Of a stretch of DNA of 33,172 nucleotides, positions 23,991 to 33,172 are shown piece by piece. This stretch comes from Octopus sinensis (lineage: Eukaryota), in NCBI RefSeq assembly GCF_006345805.1, contig NW_021832103.1, positions 1 to 33,172 on the forward strand. Reading direction: 5' to 3'. The translations under genes were made by a program, and so were the position numbers. The notes beneath the pieces are model-generated. The model worked only from the letters and a program-made list of their open reading frames with translations, was not told where the DNA came from and searched no databases. Every line of letters starts with the position of its first letter. The first letter of the stretch is position 1.

Positions 23991-24369
23991 ACATATACAA
24001 AATACTTCAGTTACTACACTTCCATTATCTATGACAAGATGGCGAGATTTAGTGAGATTTAATGTCTCAGACTTGACACATTTATAACTCAAAAGTTATG
24101 GCATCAGATCCAAGTCTGATAATGACCCCCTGTACCCACGGCAACCGTACATTTTGACCCTGCTAATTCCTTCAAGTATCAACATGTAATTTGTTACAGA
24201 TTTGTTTCGTTTTGTCGAAAATCTAAAAAATTTCATAATCTCAATTTGTTGGTTCCATGTCCTCCTCTTCCAGCCCAGTCTGTCTCACACTGTGTCTCTC
24301 CCTCTCCTAGTCACTGTCACTCACATTTGAGCTTCAGAGCCTGTCTCATATATTCTTATCTATCGTTTA

Positions 24370-24393
24370 TATATATACATATGTGTGTGTAAG

Positions 24394-24454
<61 letters not shown>

Positions 24455-24489
24455 ATACACACACAATATATATATATATATATGTAAGC

Positions 24490-24556
<67 letters not shown>

Positions 24557-24572
24557 AATATATATATATATA
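24370..24572. repeat. (CA)n-(TA)n-(TATC)n microsatellite
   Basis: Direct read. Confidence 0.93.
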
Positions 24573-24955
24573 CTAGCAGTATCGCCCGGCGTTGCTCAGG
24601 TTTGTAAGGGAAATAACTATAAAGCATTTTTAGAGAGTTACAGCCAAAAAATAGCAAAAAATGGGAAAAAAATGATGGTAAATTTTTTTTTTAATTAAAA
24701 AAGGTGGAGTTACGTCCCCTAGACAGTTTGTGGTTTGTGTTTCTGATTCTCGACCCCATGTCGAATTTATCGATTTTGTTCAGAACTGGGGGAACTTTTC
24801 AAAATTTTCGCTGCGTTAGTTTTGAATTATGACATTGGGGTATGTGTGTGTCAAGTTTCATCAGAATCGGTTGAAAGCCGTGGTCAGGGTGAGGGTACAA
24901 GCAAACAGACACACAGAAACACGCACAGACAAACTGCCGTTTATATAGAGAGAGA
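24573..24955 (-). mobile_element. Non-autonomous Helitron
   Basis: The minus strand starts A|TCtctctctatataaacggcagtttgtctgtg and ends cctgagcaacgccgggcgatactg CTAG|T. This gives the canonical TC...CTAG termini, an A/T insertion site, no TSD and an imperfect subterminal hairpin. Confidence 0.85.
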
Positions 24956-24974
24956 TGTATTTATATATATATAT

Positions 24975-25340
24975 TTTCGCTGTGGCAGGGACTGTCTAAC
25001 ACAGTTCTTACACCACATTGAAGATATACTTAAAGCCTTAGGAACAGGTTCGAACTCTGATGTCATATATCTTAGCTTCAGTAAAGTACTCTCAAAATTG
25101 GCAAATGTTGGAATCCGTGGAAAACTTCTACACTGGATTAAGTATTTCCTGGCGAATAGAACACAACATGTTGTGGTCGATGGAATCCACTCAAGCCCAG
25201 CAAAAGTCCCAAGTGGTGTCCCTCAGGGGACTGTCTTGGGTCCGCTCCTCTATATAATTTACATAAATGACCTTTCCAGCGTCGTAAATCACTGCAAAGT
25301 GAATATATTTGCTGATGACACTAAGCTCCAGCAAATCATC
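24975..25340 (+). pseudogene. Reverse transcriptase fragment of a CR1/L2-group LINE
   Basis: FRCGRDCLTQ...DVIYLSFSK...GIRGKLLHWIKYFLANRTQHVVVDG..SS...V.SGVPQGTVLGPLLYIIYINDL...FADDTKL: classic non-LTR RT motifs. The AFDKV.H segment is deleted. Confidence 0.93.
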
Positions 25341-25387
25341 AAAAAAAAAAAAAAAGAATCTCAGTTAGGCGCAGGATGGGGTTGTGT

Positions 25388-25778
25388 GTAAGTAGCTTAC
25401 TAACCAACCACATGGTTCCGGGTTCAGTCCCACTGCGTGGCATCTTGGGTCAAGTGTCCTTCTTATGCTATAGCCCCGGGCCGACCAATGCCTTGTGAGT
25501 GGATTTGGTAGACGGAAACTGAAAGAAGCCTGTCGTATATATGTATATATATTAAGTTGTGTGTATATGTTTGTGTGTCTGTGTTTGTCCCCCTAAAATT
25601 GCTTGACAACCGATGCTGGTGTGTTTACGTCCCCGTCACTTAGTGGTTCGGCAAAAGAGACCGATAAAATAAGTACTGGGCTTACAAAGAATAAGTCCCG
25701 GGGTTCGATTTGCTCGACTAAAGGCGGTGCTCCAGCATGGCTGCAGTCAAATGACTGAAACAAGTAAAAGAGAGAGAG
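25388..25778 (+). mobile_element. Family B SINE, full length
   Basis: Head ggcgcagga..., CORE-like block and tail aagtaaaagagagagag. Shares diagnostic variants with unit 2 of the 6915-8113 trimer. Confidence 0.92.
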
Positions 25779-25815
25779 TTGGAATGCCCACATGAAGTTG
25801 GAGTGGATTTCCCAC

Positions 25816-25860
25816 GTGGTTCGTAAGCAAGCTACTTACCACACAGCCACTCCTACGCCT
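25816..25860 (-). mobile_element. Family B SINE head fragment
   Basis: gtggttcgtaagcaagctacttaccacacagccactcctacgcct is the reverse complement of the B 5' end. Confidence 0.8.
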
Positions 25861-26253
25861 ATTCACTTTGCCAAAGATACGCAGCAAGTCGCACCAGAAA
25901 CACCATTATGCACACCGTGTTTCCCAGTCTCTTGATATGATCGTGTCGAGAACCTGTTCATTGTCCATTGTGCTGACAGCAAGACGTGGGCATATTTATA
26001 TGCCTCTATGCTTTTGCTAACAATGGTTACATTATTATGTCGGAGTTGTCAACTTTTAACTGAAATTCTGTTTCTCTATCGAAGCCGGTTTCCTTCGTTA
26101 TTTCCTTTCAGTGAACTAGTTCTGTCTGGAGGAAGAAACAGTTTCAATGGCCTTTGACCTTGCTTTTGCAAGCCCTTATAGACCAACGGCATTAATGTCT
26201 CTATTGTAAGTTCGAATACGCAGGAAGCATTCTCTTACATTTCTGAAGAGCAT

Positions 26254-26415
26254 GAGTGGCTGTGTGGTAAATAGCTTGCATACCAACCACATGGTTCCAG
26301 GTTCAGTCCCACTGTGTGGCACCTTGGCCAAGTGTCTTCTACTATTGCCCCGGGCCGACCAAAGCCTTGTGAGTGGATTTGGTAGGCGGAAACTGAAAGA
26401 AGCTCGTTGTATATA
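26254..26415 (+). mobile_element. Family B SINE 5' half (left arm of fold-back)
   Basis: Head through gaaactgaaagaagc.cg, stopping at the internal microsatellite. Confidence 0.9.
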
Positions 26416-26441
26416 TGTATACACACACACACACAACACAC

Positions 26442-26611
26442 ATATATACGACGGGCTTCTTTCAGTTACCGTCGACCAATTCCACTCACAAGGCTTTGGT
26501 CGGCCCGAGGCTATAGTAGAAGACACTTTTCCCAGGTGTAACGCAGTGGGACTGAACCCAGAACCATGTGGTTGGTAAGCAAGCTACTTACCACACAGCC
26601 CCTCCTGCGTC
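26442..26611 (-). mobile_element. Family B SINE 5' half (right arm of fold-back)
   Basis: Reverse complement of the same segment. Confidence 0.9.
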
Positions 26612-26777
26612 TATACACACACACACACACACACACAACCACACATATATATATATATATATACATGTACATATATATATATATACATGTGTGTGTGTGC
26701 GTGTGTATGTGTGAGTATGTTTATATACATGTATGCATGTATATATTTATATAGGACTATGCATACGCACATACAGG

Positions 26778-27104
26778 AGCACTGTGTCGGATACGTCAAC
26801 GAGTGTTCCAGTCGATCCGATCTACGGAACAGCCCCCGCTCGTGAAATTAACGTGCAAGTGGTTGAGCACTCCACAGACACGCGTGCCCTTAACGTAGTT
26901 CTCAGGGAGATTCAGCATGACACACAATGTGACAAGACTGGCCCTTTGAAATACAGGTGCAACACATATTTTTGACAGGTGAATGGACTGGAGCAAAATG
27001 AAATAAAGAATCTTGGTCGAGGACATAACGCGCTGCCGAGGATCGAACTCACAACATTACGATCGCGAGCCGAGCATCCTAACCACTAAGCCACGCACCT
27101 TCAC
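26778..27104 (-). mobile_element. Family C SINE, tail type 3
   Basis: Reverse-strand homolog of 6527-6840 from head to tail. Confidence 0.88.
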
Positions 27105-27160
27105 TAACACATACACAAAAATATGTTAATACACACACACACACGCATACACACAAACGC

Positions 27161-27215
<55 letters not shown>

Positions 27216-27657
27216 TCTACCTCAGCCATCAAAACCAAAGCTAACATGGGAATACAAAGAACTCTCATTCCCTTCCATTCTCCACTCCATCAACACCAAT
27301 ATGACTTCTTCACCTCGACCCGGCTACGGCGGAGTGGGGGAAGAAGCTGATTTTAAAAGTACATTTATATTAATATATTTAGTGATAACACTTTGTTGGA
27401 GTGTGATAAGACAAAGTGGGTTGAGTGGGATCAGGGAAAAGAATTAAGCGGGGTAAAGAAAGGTGGTGAAGGAGAAAATTTGTGACTGACTGCACCCCAC
27501 CTTTTTCCCCATATTTTTATGACAGCATTTATAGGGTGAGCATTTGAACCCGTTTCCTCTCTTTAAAAAACACCCTGTGATGAATACAATCATGGCTTAT
27601 GTCCAAGTTTGGTGTATGTTTCTTTATGAGTTTTTTTGTATATTTTATACTAGTTAA

Positions 27658-28655
27658 GGCGGCGAGCTGGCAGAATCGTTAGCACTCCGGGCGAAATGCG
27701 TAGCCGTATTTCGTATGTCTTTACGTTCTGAGTTCAAATTCCGCCGAGGTCGACTTTGCCTTTCATCCTTTCGGGGTCGATTAAATAAGTACCAGTTACG
27801 CACTGGGGTCGATGTAATCGATGTAATCGACTTAATCCGTTTGTCTGTCCTTGTTTGTCCCCTCTGTGTTTAGCCCCTTGTGGGGAGTAAAGAAATAGGT
27901 ATTTCGTCTGCTGCTACGTTCTGAGTTCAAATTCCGCCGAGGTCGACTTTGCCTTTCATCCTATCGGGGTCGATAAATTAAGTACCATTTACGCACTGGG
28001 GTTGATGTAATCGACTTAATCCCTTTGTCTGTCCTTGTTTGTCCCCTCTGTGTTTAGCCCCTTGTGGGTAGTAAAGAAATAGGTATTTTGTATGTCTTTA
28101 CGTTCTGAGTTCAAATTCCGCCGAGGTCGACTTTGCCTTTCATCCTTTCGGGGTCGATTAAATAAGTACAGTACGCACTGGGGTCGATATAATCGACTTT
28201 AATCCATTTGTATGTCCTTGTTTGGTCCTCTCTGTGTTTAGCCCCTTGTGGGTAGTAAAGAAATAGGTAGTCGTCTGTTTTACGTTAGAGTTCAAATTCC
28301 GCCAAGGTCGACTTTGCCTTTCCTCTTTCGAGGTTGATAAATTAAGTACCAGTTACGCACTGGGGTCGATGTAATCGATGTAATCGACTTAATCCCTTTG
28401 TCTGTCCTTGTTTGTCCCCTCTGTGTTTAGCCCCTTGTGGGAAATAAAGAAATAAGAAACGTTTGCACGCTGGGCGAAATGCTAAGCGGTATTTCGTCTG
28501 CCGTTACGTTCTGAGTTCAAATTCCGCCGAGGTCGACTTTGCCTCTCATCCTTTCCGGGTCGATAAATTAAGTACCAGTTGCGTACTGGGGTCGATCTAA
28601 TCGTCTGGCCCTCTCCCACCAAATTTCGCGCCTTGTGCCTAAAGTAGAAAAGAAT
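27658..28655 (+). mobile_element. Family A SINE with five internal tandem units
   Basis: One head and one terminal tail. The unit marker tacgtt.tgagttcaaattccgcc occurs at 27722, 27915, 28099, 28281 and 28505. Probable TSD atatt(t/c)tatact at 27640-27651 and 28654-28665. Confidence 0.93.
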
Positions 28656-28774
28656 ATTCTATACTCGTTGAGATATGTATTGTTCTGTTTACAATGTTTT
28701 GTTATACATAACCCTGACATCGTTATCAGCAATGTAACCTGTCTGTATCCTTATCTTATTTTATTCTATTTTAT

Positions 28775-29098
28775 TTTATTTGTTTTTCTTTGTGATTGTA
28801 CTGTGATCATGCTGGGGCAACGCCTTGAAGGGTTTACGCGAACAAATCGATCCTAGTACTTATTAAGCCTGTCGAATCTCTTTCGTGAAAATGTAATACC
28901 GGCTGTCAAGCAAACACAAAGACACGCACACAAAAACACATATGAGCCGGGCTTCCAGTTTTTATCAACCAAATCCACTCACAAAGCATTGGTCGACCCG
29001 GATTATACTAAAAGACACTTGCCCAAGGTGCCACATAATATGCCTGAACTCGAGAAACTTTTGGTTGCATAGCGAACTCCTTAACCACACAGTCATCC
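28775..29098 (-). mobile_element. Old diverged family B SINE
   Basis: catgctggggcaacgcctt...accaaatccactcacaaagc...aagacacttgcccaaggtgccac...ttaaccacacag. Confidence 0.78.
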
Positions 29099-29199
29099 CT
29101 TATCAAACTGATATCAACTTTTGTTGACTTTAAACTCTCAATACATCTGTCCCATTTGATGAGAACAGCTGGCTATTTGGTTTCACCTACAGGGAATAG

Positions 29200-29344
29200 A
29201 AATTATGCCATTAGTCGAACAGATCGACCCCAGGACTTGTTCTTCGTAAGCCTAGTACTTATTCTATCGGTCTGTTCTTTTAAACCGCTATGTTACTCGG
29301 ACGTAAACACATCTGGGCAAACACAGACAGACAAACACACACAC

Positions 29345-29390
<46 letters not shown>

Positions 29391-29406
29391 AGGGCTTCTT
29401 TCAGTT
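29200..29406 (-). mobile_element. Family B SINE 3' half
   Basis: ttagtcgaacagatcgaccccaggactt...gtaagcctagtacttattctatcggtc...gggcttctttcagttt. Confidence 0.8.
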
Positions 29407-29459
29407 TATTTTATATTTTATCCCAGTGTCACTTTGATGGCATGCACTGCTCTCTCACT

Positions 29460-29494
29460 CAATAATAACAATAACAGCAACAACAACAACGATG

Positions 29495-29558
<64 letters not shown>

Positions 29559-29590
29559 GATAATAAAAATAATAATAATAATGATAATAA
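29460..29590. repeat. (AAT)n/(AAC)n trinucleotide microsatellite
   Basis: Direct read. Confidence 0.95.
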
Positions 29591-29910
29591 TAAGTGCCCT
29601 GATGCTGTACCAGGCAGTGGCTCTCATGGCTTCTGATCTTAACTGATTGGAAGTGTTATCATGTACATTGTTTTGTCTTGGTATAAAAGATGGACTACGG
29701 CAAATATTCTGCTCAATACCACAGATTTGCTTGTCAGTTGTTTGACCTTAACCAGTTGAGCATGTCCCTTAGTGGCTGACGATATGTGCATCTCTGATCA
29801 CTAGTAGAAGTAGTGGGGGAGCATCATAGCCGTGTGTTGAAAGGAATTCTTGGAGGTTTGGATAATTAACCTCTGAAAACATGGGTGGTTCGTTCAACAT
29901 CCTTATACAA
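29590..29910. mobile_element. Probable unclassified interspersed repeat
   Basis: Single copy in this window and GC-richer than its flanks. It resembles an abundant octopus repeat as I recall it; not verifiable here. Confidence 0.35.
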
Positions 29911-29915
29911 TGCAT

Positions 29916-30050
29916 GACGGGCTTCTTTCAGTTTCCGTTTTCCAAATCTACTTACAAGGCTTTGGTCAGCCCGAGGCTATAGTAGAAGACACTTGCCCAG
30001 AACCATGTAGTTGGAAAGCAAGTTTCTTACCACCCAGCCACTCCTGCGCC
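29916..30050 (-). mobile_element. Family B SINE 5' half with internal deletion
   Basis: B head with the segment between gccca and gaaccatg (containing the B box) removed. Confidence 0.87.
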
Positions 30051-30086
30051 TATGCCTATATATATATATATAATATATATATATAT

Positions 30087-30432
30087 GGAGGCGCAATGGC
30101 CAATGGTTAGGTCAGCGGACTCGTTTCGATTCCCAGACCGGAGGTTGTGAGTGTTTATTGAGCGAAAAACACTAAAGCTCCACGTGGCTACGGCAGGGTA
30201 TGGTGACGAACCCTGCTGTACTCTTTCACCACATCTTTTCCCCACTCTTACTTTCTGTTTCTGTTGTGCCTGTAACTCAAAGGGCCAGTCTTGTCACACT
30301 CCATGTCACGCTGAATATCTCCGAGAACTACGTTAAGGTAAGTGCTCAGACACTTGCACGTTAATTTCACTAGCAGGCTGTTCCGTTAATCGGATCAACT
30401 GGAACCCTCGTCGTCGTAGGCGACGGAGTGCC
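30087..30432 (+). mobile_element. tRNA-derived SINE with a different head/body but tail type 3
   Basis: Head ggaggcgcaatggccaatggttagg...gtttcgattcc. From about 30270 the tail matches 6680-6835 (aaagg.ccag.cttgtc...cacgttaatttcac.agcagg...cggatcaactggaacc). Confidence 0.82.
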
Positions 30433-30434
30433 TT

Positions 30435-30474
<40 letters not shown>

Positions 30475-30479
<5 letters not shown>

Positions 30480-30712
30480 AAACAAGTCAAGATAGAAAAT
30501 GCTAAAATAATTTTATAAAGAACATTTCAGTACCGGTTTCAGTCATTGAGACCTTTTCAACTGTAACAATAAATAATTAAATTTAGAAAAATTAAAAGAA
30601 AGTTTTTAAAAGAATATTGTATAGGTTTCAAATGTAAGTGACATTTTCTTGTTTCTGCCTCTCTCGTCTCTCTTGTTTACTTTTGTGGGTTCGAGGTCGT
30701 TATATATACCAT
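30475..30712 (-). mobile_element. Probable Penelope-like element terminal (pLTR) fragment embedded in (TA)n
   Basis: A 238-bp block bracketed by (TA)n on both sides that carries the hammerhead at 30524-30567. The Penelope-like assignment is inferred from the ribozyme type. Confidence 0.5.
30524..30567 (-). ncRNA. Minimal type I hammerhead ribozyme, U3:A8 core variant
   Basis: Minus strand: gttacag-TTGAAAA-ggtc tcaat gact-GAAA-C cg G-TA-ctgaaat. Stem I 6 of 7 pairs, stem II 4 bp, palindromic ACCGGT stem III, GUA cleavage triplet. Confidence 0.7.
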
Positions 30713-30739
30713 ATAATATAACATAGATAACATATACAT

Positions 30740-30796
<57 letters not shown>

Positions 30797-30876
30797 CAAT
30801 TGCAGCGGAAGGTGTTTATAAGCCATTTAAGAAACACAAAACCGAACCTTAGATTCACTTCAACATTCAAATTTAA

Positions 30877-30927
30877 TTTGTCAAAAATATTTTCGTCGCT
30901 TTAAGACCGCGACTGTTCACTGACAAA
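30877..30927 (-). ncRNA. Minimal type I hammerhead ribozyme, G3:C8 core variant
   Basis: Minus strand: tttgtca-GTGAACA-gtcgc ggtcttaaa gcgac-GAAA-atattt-T-tgacaaa. Perfect 7-bp stem I and 5-bp stem II, near-palindromic AATATT stem III with one extra U. Confidence 0.7.
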
Positions 30928-31551
30928 CTCCGTGATGCAATGCTTTCGTTCCAGCACACGATCTCAGATCAAGTCACTCGCTATGCAAGTGAACTCGGGC
31001 TATGTCGAACACCTTGCTGTCGCATTCGAGAAGAGTACAACTGTCGAGCGAATCTGTAATTTAGAAGGTTCCGCCGACCTCCTGAATAGGAGGAGCGAGC
31101 CTGTGTTTCTCTCGGTAGTTGCTATGGCGAAAGAAGTAGTTGGAAGACGAGAGTGAAAGGAATTGCAACAGGCATGTTCATCTCAGTCTCGAGCTATTTG
31201 ATTTTTCGTTTTCCACATGAAACGGAAAATAAGGCTGAGAAGAAAATGCCTGTCGCAAGTGTGTTTCGTAAAAGATGAAGTCTATAGCAAGTATGTTGCG
31301 AGTGAAAGAAAACCTGTTTAAACGAGAATGTAAAAAGGGAGAAGCAAAGTCTTCAGTGTGAGTATGTGGTTTGTGGGGTCGATCGGTCCTCCGCTTCAGT
31401 TTGTGGTAATCACTCATTCTCATTTAATTGTATATATTAATTGTTTGTTTATTCATACGTTTCGTCTCATTCGATACCCTGACCCCAAACGTTTGTTTTG
31501 TCCCCCTCTTTTTCTCAACCTTATGGTGAATAAAGAAATACTCTCTCCCCC

Positions 31552-31552
<1 letters not shown>

Positions 31553-31615
<63 letters not shown>

Positions 31616-31641
31616 CCTACCTACCTACCTACCTATCTATC

Positions 31642-31691
<50 letters not shown>

Positions 31692-31773
31692 ATATATATA
31701 TATTATATACACTCTCTCTCTCTCTCTATCTATTTGTATATATATGAATTGTGCGTGTATTTATATATATATT

Positions 31774-31807
<34 letters not shown>

Positions 31808-31854
31808 ATATATATCTATTTGTATATATATGAATATGTGCGTGTATTTATATA

Positions 31855-31895
<41 letters not shown>

Positions 31896-31940
31896 CACAC
31901 ATTTCATATATATAAAATAGATAGAGAGAGAGAGAGAGGG
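31553..31940. repeat. (TATC)n/(CTAC)n/(TA)n/(GA)n compound microsatellite
   Basis: Direct read. Confidence 0.93.
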
Positions 31941-32329
31941 TGTATATATATATATGAGCAGCATTGTGTGTTCCCGTGTGTGCATATTGGTGCATACGCA
32001 CTAAATATGAAATAATATATTAATCCTTATTTCTATTATAAAAACAATTAAGCAAATCGCATGAAGTCAGCTTAATAATTGCTTGCAGCAGATCATCATA
32101 ATTATTGCAGTTGTTATTATTATTGTATTTTTTGTTTACGTACGTGTTTGTTTGTTTGCCTTGTATATTTAGATTTAAATTCATATGCCCTGTCATAATT
32201 GGCGCCGTATGTTCCTTGTGCGCGTTGTGTGTGTGTATGTGTTGTGTTGTGTCATGCATATGCTTCTGTGTACCATATGTGTATGTGTTTACGTGTGAGT
32301 ACTTGTGTACCTACGTAAATGTATCATCG

Positions 32330-32437
32330 TTTGTATGTATGTATGTATGTATGTATGTATGTATGTATGTATGTATGTATGTATGTTTATATGTTTGTAT
32401 GTATGTACATATCTACCTATCTATATATCTATCTATT

Positions 32438-32527
<90 letters not shown>

Positions 32528-32760
32528 ACACTTTGCGTGGTTCTGTCTTTCCTCTCTCTCTCTCTATATATATATATATGTATATATGTGTGTGTGTTAT
32601 GTATGTATACCTATATATTTATGCATGTATGTAAATACACACACACATATATATATATATACATATATAAATACGTATATATATATGTATGTATATGTGT
32701 GTGTGCTGTGTTTGCATGCGTTCATATGCGTTCATATGCATGCATTCATATGCATGTATT
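32330..32760. repeat. (TATG)n-(TGTC)n-(TATC)n-(TA)n compound microsatellite
   Basis: Direct read; it explains ORFs 32105-32782 and neighbours. Confidence 0.93.
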
Positions 32761-32924
32761 TATATTGTTGTATACGTGGTGAGCGTGTGTACGTATTATC
32801 TGTTTACTTCCGTTGAATCTTTCAAATATGGTTTCGTTTAACGAGGGCGGTTTCACATTGGCACTGCTTAGACGAATAATTTCATTAATGAATTTTCATT
32901 AAAAAGGTAAATAACCTGTGGAAA

Positions 32925-33005
32925 TATCATCATCGCCGCCGCCGCCGCCGTCGTCGTCATCATCATCATCATCAGCATCATCATCATCACAACCATCACC
33001 ATCAC
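32925..33005. repeat. (CAT)n-(CGC)n-(CGT)n-(CAT)n trinucleotide tract
   Basis: Direct read. Confidence 0.88.
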
Positions 33006-33172
33006 GTAGTGAATGCTGCTTATGAATATGGGCGATATGACCGAGGGAAATACCTCATTTTTTTAAATATCTGCTTGTTAAATCTAAATGCATGAGTTAT
33101 CTCGCATATATAACTGCGATCAAGTGACATTAGCCACTCAATTATTAGGTAAAATCTCCCTCTAAAGGTGTT

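Noticed and set aside
24822-25391. 189-aa ORF as a host gene
   Set aside because: A chimera of Helitron sequence, a LINE RT fragment and the start of a SINE.
27440-27590. Possible Tc1-like terminus (aaaaaacaccctgt)
   Set aside because: No matching second TIR found in the window.
27658-28655. Regular repeats as a CRISPR array
   Set aside because: Eukaryotic context, units of about 185 bp with no unique spacers, and no cas genes; these are SINE internal units.
30932-31423. ORFs next to the second hammerhead as Penelope RT or GIY-YIG
   Set aside because: No RT or GIY-YIG motifs in the frames I translated (the track ORFs and the minus strand of 30930-31160); treated as non-coding element sequence.

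Overview
Eukaryotic, very AT-rich and repeat-saturated window, most likely from an octopus (cephalopod) genome. That assignment rests on the tRNA-derived SINE families and the extreme microsatellite load; it is recalled, not database-checked. I found no host protein-coding gene that I can support, so this reads as intron or intergenic DNA. Nearly all ORFs in the track are translations of microsatellites or SINEs. Content: many tRNA-headed SINEs of at least three families (labelled A, B and C here), including a 5-unit internally amplified copy, a head-to-tail trimer and a fold-back pair. Also present are two non-autonomous Helitrons, a mariner-type MITE, two decayed CR1/Jockey-type LINE ORF2 fragments and long compound microsatellites. 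Two signals stand out. First, two minimal type I hammerhead ribozyme folds lie 310 bp apart on the minus strand (30524-30567, 30877-30927), each with a different compensatory change of the core C3:G8 pair (U3:A8 and G3:C8); three more decayed hammerhead-like motifs occur elsewhere, consistent with Penelope-like/retrozyme termini. Second, a 1.35 kb repeat-free island (2850-4200) is densely packed with homeodomain sites (18 TAATTA, 8 GGATTA/TAATCC) and looks like an Otx-type enhancer.
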